From: Gammaproteobacteria bacterium | GTDB lineage: Bacteria; Pseudomonadota; Gammaproteobacteria; Arenicellales; JAANXG01 | Reading direction: 5' to 3' | Length of the DNA stretch: 64,000 nt | Assembly (NCBI GenBank): GCA_034520625.1 | Contig: JAXHNI010000009.1 | Coordinates: forward strand, 609,494-673,493 | Shown here: positions 1 to 9,168 of the stretch, piece by piece | How positions within the stretch are numbered: the stretch's first letter is position 1 | Layout: each line of letters begins with the position of its first letter | Notes under the pieces: generated by a model | What the model saw: only the letters and a program-made list of their open reading frames with translations | The model's database searches: none | Told to the model about the DNA's origin: nothing | Position numbers and translations under genes: made by a program

Positions 1-2
1 TC

Positions 3-656
3 GTGGTGGACCGTTCCGATTCCCCGGAGGCGTTTCTCCCTGTGCTGATCGACAGCGCCCATTCGCGGTTTCCCGTGGTGGACGGCGACCGGGACAAGGT
101 AATCGGCATCCTGCTGGCCAAGGACGTGCTGCGCTACTTCGAGAACGCGGAATCCGGCTCGTTCAACATGCGTGACATGCTGCGGCCGGCGGTGTTCATC
201 CCCGAGAGCAAGCGCCTCAACGTGCTGCTCAACGAGTTCCGGTCCAACCGGAACCACATGGCGGTGGTGGTGGACGAGTACGCCGGCGTGGCCGGTCTGG
301 TGACCATCGAGGATGTTCTGGAGCAGATCGTCGGGGACATCGAGGACGAGCACGACATCGAGGAAGAAGCCGATCTGATCCTGCAGCGCGGCGACAACGA
401 ATACATGATCAAGGCGCTGCTTCCCCTGGAGGACTTCAACGAGTATTTCCACACCAGCTACAGCGACGAGGAAGTGGACACCATCGGTGGCCTGGTCATC
501 CAGCAGCTCGGCCACGTCGCCCGGCGGGGTGAGACGCTGCGAATAGACCGTTTCCACATCGAGGTCCTGCACAGCGACAGCCGGCGGATCTATCTGCTGA
601 AGGTGGTGGTGGACCCCGATGCCGCCGCGCCCGGAAGCGACGCCAATGGCGCGTAG
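3..656 (+). CDS. corC: CorC/TlyC-family CBS-domain Mg/Co efflux-associated protein (5' end off window)
   Basis: ORF is open to the window edge. It has a tandem CBS region (VIGILLAKDVLRYF) plus a C-terminal CorC/HlyC transporter-associated domain. It lies directly upstream of lnt, as in the conserved corC-lnt arrangement. Confidence 0.85.
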   Translation: MVDRSDSPEAFLPVLIDSAHSRFPVVDGDRDKVIGILLAKDVLRYFENAESGSFNMRDMLRPAVFIPESKRLNVLLNEFRSNRNHMAVVVDEYAGVAGLVTIEDVLEQIVGDIEDEHDIEEEADLILQRGDNEYMIKALLPLEDFNEYFHTSYSDEEVDTIGGLVIQQLGHVARRGETLRIDRFHIEVLHSDSRRIYLLKVVVDPDAAAPGSDANGA

Positions 657-704
657 CGGGACGGGCAACCGGAGCGGGAAGTCATAAAGCCCGCATCCAT
701 TCAG

Positions 705-2168
705 TTGCCGGCGGCCTTCGCCGCCGGATGCGCCGGTGTGCTGGCGTTCGGACCCTTCGGCCACTTCTGGGCGGCGCTGCTGTCAGCCGCGGTGCTGGTG
801 TGGCTCTGGTGGGACGCCCCGCCCGGACGCGCGGCGTGGCTGGGTTTCGCCTACGGCGCCGGGCTGTTCGGGACCGGGGTATCCTGGGTATACGTAAGCA
901 TGCACGTCTACGGCCAGATGCCGCCCTGGATGGCGGTGGGGGTGGTGATCGCGTTCGTCGCGCTGCTCTCCCTCTACCCGGCCCTGGTAGGCTGGATTCA
1001 CTGCCGCGTGCTGGCAGGCCGCGGGCTGTTGGGCGCCGTGGCCGGTCTGCCCGCGCTCTGGGCGCTCGGTGAATGGGTCCGGGGCTGGGCGTTCAGCGGC
1101 TTTCCCTGGCTGAGTCTGGGGTACAGCCAGGTGGACTCCTGGCTCGGCGGCTGGTCCGCCGTGCTGGGGGTCTACGGCGTGTCCTGGGTGGTGATGCTGA
1201 GCGCGGTGGCGCTGGTCGCCGCGGTCCGGCACGGGGGCCGGGGACGCTGGGCCGCGGTGCTGGTCGCCGGCGCGTTCTGGCTCGGCGGCCCGGCGCTGGG
1301 CCAGGTACGCTGGGCCGAGCCGGACGGCGATGCCATCGACGTCGCGCTGGTGCAGGGCAACGTATCCCTCGACCGGAAGTGGGCCGCCGATCAGCGGCCG
1401 CAGATCCTGAACCGGTATCTCACCCTCAGCAATCATCTCGAGGACCGGGATCTGATCGTGTGGCCGGAATCCGCCCTGCCCTTCTATATACACGAAGTGG
1501 ACGACCGGGTCTGGCAGAGCATGCGCCGGCATCCCGCGGACTTTGTGCTCGGCCTGCTGGAGCAGCGAACCGACGGGCGCAGCGTGCGCACCTACAACAG
1601 CGTGGTGGCGGTCAACGAAACCGAGCCCCAGATATACCGCAAGACGCACCTGGTGCCGTTCGGGGAGTACGTGCCCCTGCGGCCGGTGTTCGGCTGGGTG
1701 ATCGACTATCTCAAGATCCCGATGTCGGACTTCAACGCCTGGGACGGGCCGGACCAGGGCCCGCTGCCGGCGGGGGGCACCCGGCTCGGGATCACCGTGT
1801 GCTACGAGGACGCGTTTCCCGAGGAAACGGCGAAGCCGCTGCCCGCCGCCGCCGTGCTGGTGAACGTGAGCGAGGACGCCTGGTTCGGCGATTCGCTTGC
1901 GCCCCACCAGCGCATCCAGATGGCGCGCATGCGCGCTCTGGAGACTGCGCGGCCGATGCTGCGCGCGGCCAATACGGGCGTGTCGGCGATCATCGACCAC
2001 CACGGGAATGTCACCGCCGGCTCAAAGCAGTTCGAGGCAACGGTGGTGAAGGGCTCGGTGCAGCCCATGCGGGGCGCGACCCCCTACGTGCGCTGGGGCA
2101 ATGCCGGCATCGTGATCCTGTCGGTGCTGTTGATCGTGTCGGCCCTGGTTCCGGGCATACGCCGGTAA
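705..2168 (+). CDS. lnt: Apolipoprotein N-acyltransferase
   Basis: 487 aa with a polytopic N-terminus followed by a CN-hydrolase domain (WPESALPF, VCYEDAFPE). TTG 705 is the only start available after the in-frame stop at 654. Confidence 0.9.
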   Translation: MPAAFAAGCAGVLAFGPFGHFWAALLSAAVLVWLWWDAPPGRAAWLGFAYGAGLFGTGVSWVYVSMHVYGQMPPWMAVGVVIAFVALLSLYPALVGWIHCRVLAGRGLLGAVAGLPALWALGEWVRGWAFSGFPWLSLGYSQVDSWLGGWSAVLGVYGVSWVVMLSAVALVAAVRHGGRGRWAAVLVAGAFWLGGPALGQVRWAEPDGDAIDVALVQGNVSLDRKWAADQRPQILNRYLTLSNHLEDRDLIVWPESALPFYIHEVDDRVWQSMRRHPADFVLGLLEQRTDGRSVRTYNSVVAVNETEPQIYRKTHLVPFGEYVPLRPVFGWVIDYLKIPMSDFNAWDGPDQGPLPAGGTRLGITVCYEDAFPEETAKPLPAAAVLVNVSEDAWFGDSLAPHQRIQMARMRALETARPMLRAANTGVSAIIDHHGNVTAGSKQFEATVVKGSVQPMRGATPYVRWGNAGIVILSVLLIVSALVPGIRR

Positions 2169-2173
2169 AACCC

Positions 2174-2223
2174 ATGTGGGTCAGCCTTCATGGCTGACAT
2201 GTCAGGCATTAAGCCTGACCCAC
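2174..2223. repeat. REP-like palindromic cluster (two hairpin units in opposite orientation)
   Basis: Hairpins GTCAGCC-N5-GGCTGAC (2180-2198) and GTCAGGC-N5-GCCTGAC (2201-2219), with outer arms GTGGGTCAG/CTGACCCAC. Positions 2193-2223 match the reverse complement of 55145-55175 at 29/31 positions. Confidence 0.7.
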
Positions 2224-3432
2224 CTACAGGTGCCCCAGGGCTTGCTCCAGGTCGGCGCAGATGTCTTCCGGGTCCTCGATGCCCACGGAAAACCTGAATA
2301 CGCCGTCGCCGGCGTACTCCCGGTACGAGCGCTCCTGGGCCGCGGTGAGCCTGAACGAGGATTCCAGCATGTCCGCGGTGGGGATGTAGAACAGTAGGCT
2401 GCGGTGGTGGCCGAGGGAGACCGCGTAGTGAATGATGTTCAGGCGGTCCGCCAGTACGCGGGCCGCGGCGGGGCCGTCCTCGACCTGGAACGACATCATG
2501 CCCGAGCTGTTCTTCATCTGCCGCTGCGCCAGCTCGTGCTGGGGATGCGAGGCCAGGCCGGGATAGACGACGCGCCGGATCTTCGGGTGGGCCTCGAGAA
2601 CCGCCGCCGCCGCCGCCGCGGTACGCTGGTGCGCCTCCATGCGGATCGGCAGGGTGGCCAGACCGCGCATGATCAGCCAGGCGTTGAACGGGCTGAGAAC
2701 GCCGCCGGTGCGGACCGCGACCTTCTGGCGCAGGGGCATCAGGATGTCGCCGGCGCCGATCAGGGCGCCGCCCAGGGCATCGCCGTGGCCGCCGAGGTAC
2801 TTGGTCAGGGAATGCACCACGATGTCCGCGCCGAGATCGAGGGGCCGCGTCGCCACCGGGGTGGCGAAGGTGGAGTCCACGGCCATCAGGGCGCCGGCAC
2901 TCTTCGCGATTTTTGCCACGGCCTCGATGTCGGTGAGCCGCATGATCGGGTTCGCCGGCGTCTCGGCGTAAACCAGCCGGGTGTCCGCGGTCACCGCGGC
3001 GCGGACCTCATCCAGGTCCGCCATGTTGACCTTGCTCACCCGCACGCCCATGCCGGGGAACAGGTCGTTGGTGAGCTCCGAGGCCGCGGCGTAGGCGACG
3101 TCGCTGATCACGAGGTGGTCGCCGGGCTTCAGCAGATGGAAGAACAACGCCGAGATCGCCGCCATGCCCGAGGCGAAAGCGAGACCCGCTTCGCCGTTCT
3201 CGAGCAGGGCGAGCTTGCGCTCGAGCTGGTCCACGGTGGGGTTCGACCAGCGGGTGTAAAAGAACGGCGTGTCCTCCGACATGCCTTCCACGGAGAAGGC
3301 GGCATCGGGGTCGGCGATGAACGTGGAGGACATGACGAGATTGGGCGTCGATGCCCGCGTCACCGGGTCGGGGCTCTCGCCGCCGTGTACGGCGACGGTT
3401 TTCATTCTGGAATTCTCCGGAAGCTTGGTCAT
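2224..3432 (-). CDS. Cys/Met-metabolism PLP-dependent enzyme (cystathionine gamma-synthase / methionine gamma-lyase family)
   Basis: 402 aa with the PLP-lysine motif SLTKYLGGHGD and the N-terminal HGG...TPN motif typical of the family. Exact substrate cannot be called from sequence alone. Confidence 0.8.
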   Translation of the reverse strand: MTKLPENSRMKTVAVHGGESPDPVTRASTPNLVMSSTFIADPDAAFSVEGMSEDTPFFYTRWSNPTVDQLERKLALLENGEAGLAFASGMAAISALFFHLLKPGDHLVISDVAYAAASELTNDLFPGMGVRVSKVNMADLDEVRAAVTADTRLVYAETPANPIMRLTDIEAVAKIAKSAGALMAVDSTFATPVATRPLDLGADIVVHSLTKYLGGHGDALGGALIGAGDILMPLRQKVAVRTGGVLSPFNAWLIMRGLATLPIRMEAHQRTAAAAAAVLEAHPKIRRVVYPGLASHPQHELAQRQMKNSSGMMSFQVEDGPAAARVLADRLNIIHYAVSLGHHRSLLFYIPTADMLESSFRLTAAQERSYREYAGDGVFRFSVGIEDPEDICADLEQALGHL

Positions 3433-3478
3433 GGTCTCGAACTCAGCAGCGGTTCATGGGCCGGTGATCTCCCCGGGA

Positions 3479-4519
3479 TCAGAACCGGTCAATCACCAGT
3501 ATTCCCGGCTCCCGGCGCTGGTCCATCCGTGTCAGCGCCACGGCCGCGTCCTCCAGCGTGATGGTGTCCGCCACCAGCGCCTCGGGCCGAAGCCGTCCGT
3601 CCAGGATCATGTCGAGCATCGGCCCGTAGCGGTGGGCCTGCATGCCGTGGCTGCCGACGAGTTCGAGCTCTCCGGCGATTACCGCATCCAGGGGGACGGG
3701 CGGCGCCCGGTCGCCGTCGGTCATCAGCCCTACCTGCACGTGCCGGCCGCGCTTGCGCAGACAGGCGATGGAGCCCAGGCAGGTGCGCCGGTCGCCGAGG
3801 GCATCGAGCGACAGGTGTGCGCCGTGGCCGGTGGTCTCCATGATACGCGCCGTGACGTCCTCCTCTCGCGCCGCGTTGATGGTCACCTCGGCGCCGAGCC
3901 GGCGCGCCAGCGAAAGTATCCCGTCGTCGATGTCCACCCCGATCACCCGCGCGTTACTGGCCGCGGCGATCATGACGGCCGACAGGCCCACCCCGCCGCA
4001 GCCGTGCACCGCTACCCACTGTCCCGGTTGAACCCGGCCCTGGTCGACGACGGCGCGGAACGCCGTGGCGAAACGGCAGCCGAGGCTGGCGCCGACGACG
4101 AAGCCGACCGCCTCCGGCAGGCGCACCAGGTTGGTGTCCGCGAAATCCACCGCCACGAGCTCGGCGAACGAGCCCCAGTGGGTGAAACCGGGCTGGAACT
4201 GATTGTCACAGACCTGGTGGTCTCCCTGGTCGCAATAGATGCACTGCCCGCAGCCGCACACGAAGGGCAGGGTGACGCGGTCGCCGGGGCGCCATTTATC
4301 CACTTTCGATCCCGCCGCTTCCACGACCCCGGCCAGCTCGTGGCCGGGCACGTGCGGTGTACAGATGGACGGGTCGTGGCCCATCCAGCCGTGCCAGTCG
4401 CTGCGGCACAGGCCGGTGGCGTGGACCCGGATCACCACGCCGTGGTCGCCGGGCGAGGGGTCCGGAACGCTCTCGATGCGAACGGGTCCCCGGAACTCGT
4501 CGAAGACGGCGGCGCGCAC
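3479..4519 (-). CDS. Zinc-dependent alcohol dehydrogenase family oxidoreductase
   Basis: 346 aa with CRSDWH and [12 protein letters not shown] zinc/catalytic motifs, a structural-zinc Cys cluster ([11 protein letters not shown]) and a Rossmann GxGxxG (HGCGGVG). GTG start. Confidence 0.85.
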   Translation of the reverse strand: MRAAVFDEFRGPVRIESVPDPSPGDHGVVIRVHATGLCRSDWHGWMGHDPSICTPHVPGHELAGVVEAAGSKVDKWRPGDRVTLPFVCGCGQCIYCDQGDHQVCDNQFQPGFTHWGSFAELVAVDFADTNLVRLPEAVGFVVGASLGCRFATAFRAVVDQGRVQPGQWVAVHGCGGVGLSAVMIAAASNARVIGVDIDDGILSLARRLGAEVTINAAREEDVTARIMETTGHGAHLSLDALGDRRTCLGSIACLRKRGRHVQVGLMTDGDRAPPVPLDAVIAGELELVGSHGMQAHRYGPMLDMILDGRLRPEALVADTITLEDAAVALTRMDQRREPGILVIDRF

Positions 4520-4528
4520 TAGTGCACC

Positions 4529-5872
4529 CTAGAGAAGAAGCAGCGCCGCGAGCCCGAGCACGGCGAAAAAGCCCACCACGTCGGTGACGGTGGTCAGCGC
4601 CACCCCGCCGGCCAGGGCGGGATCGATGCCGAGCTTCTCGAGGGCGATGGGCAGGAACACGCCCGCCAGCGCTGCGCAAATCAGGTTGACGAATATGGCC
4701 AGGCCTACCACGCCCGCCAGGGCGAGGTCCTGGTACCAGACAACGGCCACCAGGGCCACGGCGACGGCCCAGATCAAACCGTTCAGGCTGCCCACCAGGA
4801 ACTCCTTTCGCACGACTTTCCAGGCGTTGGAGCCGGAGATGATGCCGGTGCCGAGCCCCCGGATCACGACGGTCAGCGTCTGGATGCCGGCGTTGCCCCC
4901 CATGCTGGCGACGATGGGCATGAGCACCGCCAGGGCTACCAGGCGCTCGATGGTGGACTCGAACTGGGTAATGACCATCGATGCGATGACGGCGGTGACC
5001 AGGTTAACGCTGAGCCAGACGGACCGGCCTCTGGTTGTCAGCTGTACGGGGGCGAAGATGTCCTCTTCCTCACTCAGGCCGGCGCGGGCCATCACGGACC
5101 TGTCGGCGGTTTCCCGGATGACGTCCACGACGTCGTCGATGGTGATGCGGCCGATCAGCTTGTAGTCGTCGTCCACCACCGGGGCCGAGATCAGGTTGTA
5201 CTTCTCGAACCGCTCCGCGACGTCCTCCTCCGGATCCAGGGTCTTGAATACCTTGGGCTCGTTGTCGAAATGGTCCCGAACCCGGTCCTCCAGCGCCGCG
5301 GTCAGCAGCTTGGCCAGGGGCAGCACACCGCGCAGCCGGTTCTTGCGGTCCACTACGAACAGCTTGTCGGTATGATCCGGCAGCCGCCCCAGGAGCCGCA
5401 GGTAGCGCATCACCGCGCGGATCGGTACGTTGCCGCGCACCGTCAGAACGTCGAGGTCCATGAGGCCGCCGGCGGTGTCCTCTGGGTAGGACAGCACCTC
5501 GCCGAGTCCGGCGCGGGCGTCCTTGTCCACGGTGAAAAGGACGTCGGCCAGCACTTCGTCGGGCAGGGCCGGAATCAGGTCCGCGATATCGTCGGTGTCC
5601 ATCCCCTGGACGGCGGCGACCATCTCCTTGCGGTCCATATCGGCGATCAGATCCGCCTGAACGCCCTCGCCGACTTCCACCAGCACGTCGCCCTTGGCGG
5701 CGTCATCGATTTCCACCCAGGCGAGATCACGCTGTTCCGGCGTCAGGCTTTCGAGCAGCTGGGCAATATCGGCGGGATGAAGGTCCGCCAGCGTGCCCCG
5801 GATGACGGAACGATCCTCGGCCTCGATCGCGTCGATGAGGCGGTCAAGCTGTTCTTCCTGGAGTTCGGCCAT
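4529..5872 (-). CDS. mgtE: Magnesium transporter MgtE
   Basis: MgtE N-domain (LHPADIAQLLESL), tandem CBS domains and a C-terminal 5-TM domain. I place the start at ATG 5872 (MAELQEEQ...), because the 30 upstream codons of the track ORF look non-coding. Confidence 0.9.
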   Translation of the reverse strand: MAELQEEQLDRLIDAIEAEDRSVIRGTLADLHPADIAQLLESLTPEQRDLAWVEIDDAAKGDVLVEVGEGVQADLIADMDRKEMVAAVQGMDTDDIADLIPALPDEVLADVLFTVDKDARAGLGEVLSYPEDTAGGLMDLDVLTVRGNVPIRAVMRYLRLLGRLPDHTDKLFVVDRKNRLRGVLPLAKLLTAALEDRVRDHFDNEPKVFKTLDPEEDVAERFEKYNLISAPVVDDDYKLIGRITIDDVVDVIRETADRSVMARAGLSEEEDIFAPVQLTTRGRSVWLSVNLVTAVIASMVITQFESTIERLVALAVLMPIVASMGGNAGIQTLTVVIRGLGTGIISGSNAWKVVRKEFLVGSLNGLIWAVAVALVAVVWYQDLALAGVVGLAIFVNLICAALAGVFLPIALEKLGIDPALAGGVALTTVTDVVGFFAVLGLAALLLL

Positions 5873-5997
5873 GGCGCAAAGGGGGTTCCGGTTCCGGGGA
5901 CTGCAATCGTTCCGCGCGCATTGTCCGCCGCCACCGGACAACACCGTCGCCTTGACATGCAATCCGGTCGTGCAGGCGGTAGACGGGCGGACCGGTC

Positions 5998-6028
5998 AAA
6001 TTAGCACATTTGTTTCCATAACATCCAA
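5998..6028 (-). promoter_or_regulatory. Candidate sigma70 promoter for mgtE (-35 TTGGAT, 17-bp spacer, extended -10 TGTGCTAAT)
   Basis: Minus strand reads TTGGAT (6028-6023), 17 nt, then TGTGCTAATTT (6008-5998). It lies in the only AT-rich island of a 364-bp gap, about 120 nt upstream of the mgtE ATG. Confidence 0.4.
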
Positions 6029-6236
6029 TTTGCGGGCGGCGGTTCGGTTTGAACGAACTGTCGGGTCGCAACCGAAGAGGCGTATCGCCGACACCGTGCC
6101 ACGATACGTTGGCAAATGTGTGACGGGGGGATTGCGGCGCCGGCACCGGCCCGATTGGTTGGGAAGATCGTTAAACCGGACCAATGCCCCCGCGCACGAC
6201 AACTGCTGCGATATCAGCGGCAGGTCATGGCGGCGA

Positions 6237-7961
6237 CTACCCGTCGAGCGCGGTGACCAGACCCCGGAGCGCCTGGGTGTCGCCGCAGGACAGGATCTCC
6301 TCTACCCAGGATTCGGTTTCGGCGATGTCTGCGGACAGCACCTTCTTCTTGACTTCCAGCAGGGTTGTCGGGTCCATGCTGAAGATCCGCAGGCCCATGG
6401 CCAGCAGCAGCTTCGTGAATCTCGGATTCCCCGCCATTTCCCCGCACATGGTAACAGGTATGCCCGCCCGCCGGCCGGCGTCGATGGTGGTCTTGATGAG
6501 CCGCAGGACGGCGGGATGCAGGGGGTCGTAAAGGTAGTTAACCTCGTCATCGACACGGTCGATCGCCAGCGTGTACTGGATGAGATCGTTGGTGCCGATG
6601 GACAGGAAGTCGAGCCGGGACGCGAACAGGTCGGCGGCCACCGCGGCCGCGGGCACTTCGATCATTCCGCCTATGGGCAGGTTCTCGTTGAACTGCCGGC
6701 CCTCCCGCCGCAGCTCGTTCTTGACCTCGTCGATCAGGTCCATGACCTGGGTAAGCTCGTCCAGATTGGAAACCATGGGGATCATCAGCTGAGCCGGGCC
6801 GTGCGCCGAGGCGCGCAGTATCGCCCGCAGCTGCGGCTTGAACAGCGCCGGCTCCTTCAAACACAGGCGGACCGCCCGCAGGCCAAGCGCCGGGTTGGTG
6901 GGGTCCTCCCGGCGCCCGCCGTCCACCTGCTTGTCGGCGCCCAGGTCCAGGGTCCGGATGGTGACGGAATTGCTGATCTGTTTCATGACGCGGCAATAGG
7001 CGGTGTACTGCTCGGATTCCTGGGGCGGCCGCGCCCGGTTCATGAACAGATATTCCGTGCGGTAGAGTCCGACACCCTCCGGGTTGGCCTTCACCGCCGA
7101 GTCGATATCCTCCGGCAGCTCGATGTTCGCCTGCAGGCTGACCGCCACCCCGTCCCGGGTCACCGCCGGCCTGGAGACCAGGGACTGGAGCTCCTGCTGC
7201 CGTGCATCGGCGTACCGGCGCCGCTCTTCGAAGGCCTCCAGCGCCGCCGCGTCGGCGCCGGCCATGAGGACGCCGCGCTTGCCGTCCACCACCACCGTTT
7301 CATCGTGGGTGATATATCGGGTGGCGCCGTGCAGGCCGACGACGGCGGGGATGTTCAGGCTCCGCGCCAGGATGGCCGTGTGGGAGATCGGTCCGCCCAG
7401 ATCGATGGCGAAGGCCGCCACCCTGTGGGCCTTGAGCAGCACGGCGTCCGCCGGCGAGAGGTCGTGGGCGATGATGATCCGGCCCGTGAGGTCGTTGGTG
7501 ACATGCCCCAGGGTCTCGTGGCGGACGTTGAGCAGGTTGCTCTGTATGCGATTGACGACGTGCTCCACGTCGGTCCGCTTGCTGCGCAGGTAGTCGTCCT
7601 CCATGGCGTCAAAAGCATCCACCAGCGCCGCAGAATGGATCTGGAGCGCCCGTTCCGCGTTCAGGTTGCGGGCGCGGATGGTCTCCACGGGATGCTCCGC
7701 GATCAGGGGGTCCTGGAGCATGAGCAGGTACGCTTCGATGAAGGAGGCGCTTTCCGAAGGCGCGTCCGCCGGGATGTTGGCGGCTATCGTCTCGAGCTGC
7801 CGGCGGGCGTCGGCAATGGCCAGGTTGAAGCGTTCGACCTCCTGCTTCTGGTCGCGTTCATCGATGAAATACTCCGGCACATTGAGCGTGCCGCCGCTGA
7901 GCATGAAAGCCGGGCCGATGGCGATGCCCTTGCCGACGCCTGCGCCATGGAGTATCAGCAT
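6237..7961 (-). CDS. ptsP: Phosphoenolpyruvate-protein phosphotransferase (PTS enzyme I, no GAF domain)
   Basis: 574 aa with the phosphohistidine motif GGPISHTAILARS and a C-terminal PEP-utilising TIM-barrel motif (GTNDLIQY). It lies 3 nt downstream of the HPr-like gene. Confidence 0.9.
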   Translation of the reverse strand: MLILHGAGVGKGIAIGPAFMLSGGTLNVPEYFIDERDQKQEVERFNLAIADARRQLETIAANIPADAPSESASFIEAYLLMLQDPLIAEHPVETIRARNLNAERALQIHSAALVDAFDAMEDDYLRSKRTDVEHVVNRIQSNLLNVRHETLGHVTNDLTGRIIIAHDLSPADAVLLKAHRVAAFAIDLGGPISHTAILARSLNIPAVVGLHGATRYITHDETVVVDGKRGVLMAGADAAALEAFEERRRYADARQQELQSLVSRPAVTRDGVAVSLQANIELPEDIDSAVKANPEGVGLYRTEYLFMNRARPPQESEQYTAYCRVMKQISNSVTIRTLDLGADKQVDGGRREDPTNPALGLRAVRLCLKEPALFKPQLRAILRASAHGPAQLMIPMVSNLDELTQVMDLIDEVKNELRREGRQFNENLPIGGMIEVPAAAVAADLFASRLDFLSIGTNDLIQYTLAIDRVDDEVNYLYDPLHPAVLRLIKTTIDAGRRAGIPVTMCGEMAGNPRFTKLLLAMGLRIFSMDPTTLLEVKKKVLSADIAETESWVEEILSCGDTQALRGLVTALDG

Positions 7962-7964
7962 GGT

Positions 7965-8234
7965 TTACTCCTCCTCGCCGAAAAGGCCGTCCACCAGGGA
8001 CACCACGGACTCCAGCGCCTCGGCCTCATCCGGGCCTTCCACGATCAGTTCCAGCTCCGTGCCCTGGGACGCGGCCAGCATCATCACGCCCATGATGCTC
8101 TTGGCGTCGGCGCTTCGATGCGCGTTCCTCATCTCCACCGAGCTCTCGTACCGGCCGGCGGTCTTGACGAGCTTCGCTGCGGCTCTCGCATGCAGGCCGA
8201 GCTTGTTCCTGACGGTCACGGTTTGCTGGAGCAT
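7965..8234 (-). CDS. ptsO: HPr-family phosphocarrier protein (NPr)
   Basis: Motif KLGLHARAA. Starting at ATG 8234 (MLQQTVTV...) puts the active histidine at position 15. The track start at 8255 is a TTG. Confidence 0.85.
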   Translation of the reverse strand: MLQQTVTVRNKLGLHARAAAKLVKTAGRYESSVEMRNAHRSADAKSIMGVMMLAASQGTELELIVEGPDEAEALESVVSLVDGLFGEEE

Positions 8235-8259
8235 GAATGCGCGTCGTTCGGGCAAGGCG

Positions 8260-9132
8260 TCATTGAATTTCCGGGCCTTCCGGCAGCTCCCGGTGGCGCA
8301 CCTGTACGTTGAAAGGCTTGTCGCGGAAGTGGCGGGCGAGCTGATCGACGATGAACACGGAGCGATGCTGGCCGCCGGTACAGCCGATGGCGACGGTGAT
8401 GTAGCTGCGGTGCTCGGACTGAAACGCCGGCAGCCAGTACTCGAGAAAGCCGTGTATCTGGCTGATCATCTCGCGGACGTTCGAGGACCGTTCCAGGTAA
8501 GCCTGCACCGCCGGATCCAGGCCGGACAACTGCCGCAGTTCCTGTTCCCAGTGGGGGTTGGGCAGGCAGCGGACATCGAACACGAAATCGGCGTCCCTGG
8601 GCACGGAATGCTTGTATCCGAACGACTCGAACAACAGGGTCAGGGATTCCCCGATCTCTCGCCCGGCGAAGTCCCGGACCAGTCCGCGCAGCTCCTGGGG
8701 CGTGGTGTCGCTGGTGTCGATCCGCCGCGCCGCGGCGGTGGCCAGCGGCTCCAGGAGCTGCTTCTCCCGCCTTATACCTTCCACCAGGGCCGTGTGGTGA
8801 TCGGTGAGCGGATGCTTGCGCCGGGTTTCGCTGAAGCGCTTGACGAGTATTTCCTCCTCCGCCTCGAGAAAGACAATCTTGTAGTCCAGGCCCAGCTTTT
8901 GCAGCTCCTTCAGGTTGTCGGGCAGGGAGCGCATGAAGCGCCGGTTCCGGGAATCGATGCTGACGGCGCAGTCCGTAACGCCGCCTTCACTCTGGCCCAT
9001 GACTTCTTCGGCGAATCGCGACAAGAGGTTGGCCGGCAGGTTGTCGATGCAATAGTAGCCCAGGTCCTCGAGAGCCTGCAGCGCGATGGACTTGCCCGAT
9101 CCCGAAAGACCGCTGACCAGAAAAAAATTCAT
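8260..9132 (-). CDS. rapZ: RNase adapter protein RapZ (YhbJ)
   Basis: 290 aa with N-terminal Walker A SGLSGSGKS and the conserved RapZ C-terminal domain (CTGGQHRSV). Canonical position after ptsN. Confidence 0.9.
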   Translation of the reverse strand: MNFFLVSGLSGSGKSIALQALEDLGYYCIDNLPANLLSRFAEEVMGQSEGGVTDCAVSIDSRNRRFMRSLPDNLKELQKLGLDYKIVFLEAEEEILVKRFSETRRKHPLTDHHTALVEGIRREKQLLEPLATAAARRIDTSDTTPQELRGLVRDFAGREIGESLTLLFESFGYKHSVPRDADFVFDVRCLPNPHWEQELRQLSGLDPAVQAYLERSSNVREMISQIHGFLEYWLPAFQSEHRSYITVAIGCTGGQHRSVFIVDQLARHFRDKPFNVQVRHRELPEGPEIQ

Positions 9133-9168
9133 CCTTCTAACGCGACGCCGTGTTCGTTGCGGCTGATT

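Noticed and set aside
4520-4529. TAGTGCACCC between the ADH start and the mgtE stop, identical to the first 10 nt of MITE copies 2 and 3; also GGGGTGCAC at 38051-38059 resembling the right TIR tip
   Set aside because: The matches are only 9-10 nt and GTGCAC is self-palindromic. A chance occurrence in 128 kb of two-strand sequence is not negligible, and no further element sequence follows. These could be excision footprints, but that is unsupported.
5873-6000. M-box (ykoK) magnesium riboswitch upstream of mgtE
   Set aside because: I could not find the conserved M-box helices or loops by eye. That class is mainly found in Firmicutes. The question is left open in a low-interest finding.
5793-8312. 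839-aa plus-strand ORF, with similar giants at 7603-9600 (+), 38583-40214 (-), 50291-52162 (-), 52138-54051 (-), 60963-62618 (-), 45875-47095 (-), 21512-23197 (-) and 34773-36107 (-)
   Set aside because: All lie antisense to genes with unmistakable family motifs (EI, rapZ, hslU, GltD-like, korA, SBP, NaV, murA, cytochrome b). Their translations are Arg/Gly/His/Pro-rich with no motifs, which makes them classic high-GC shadow ORFs.
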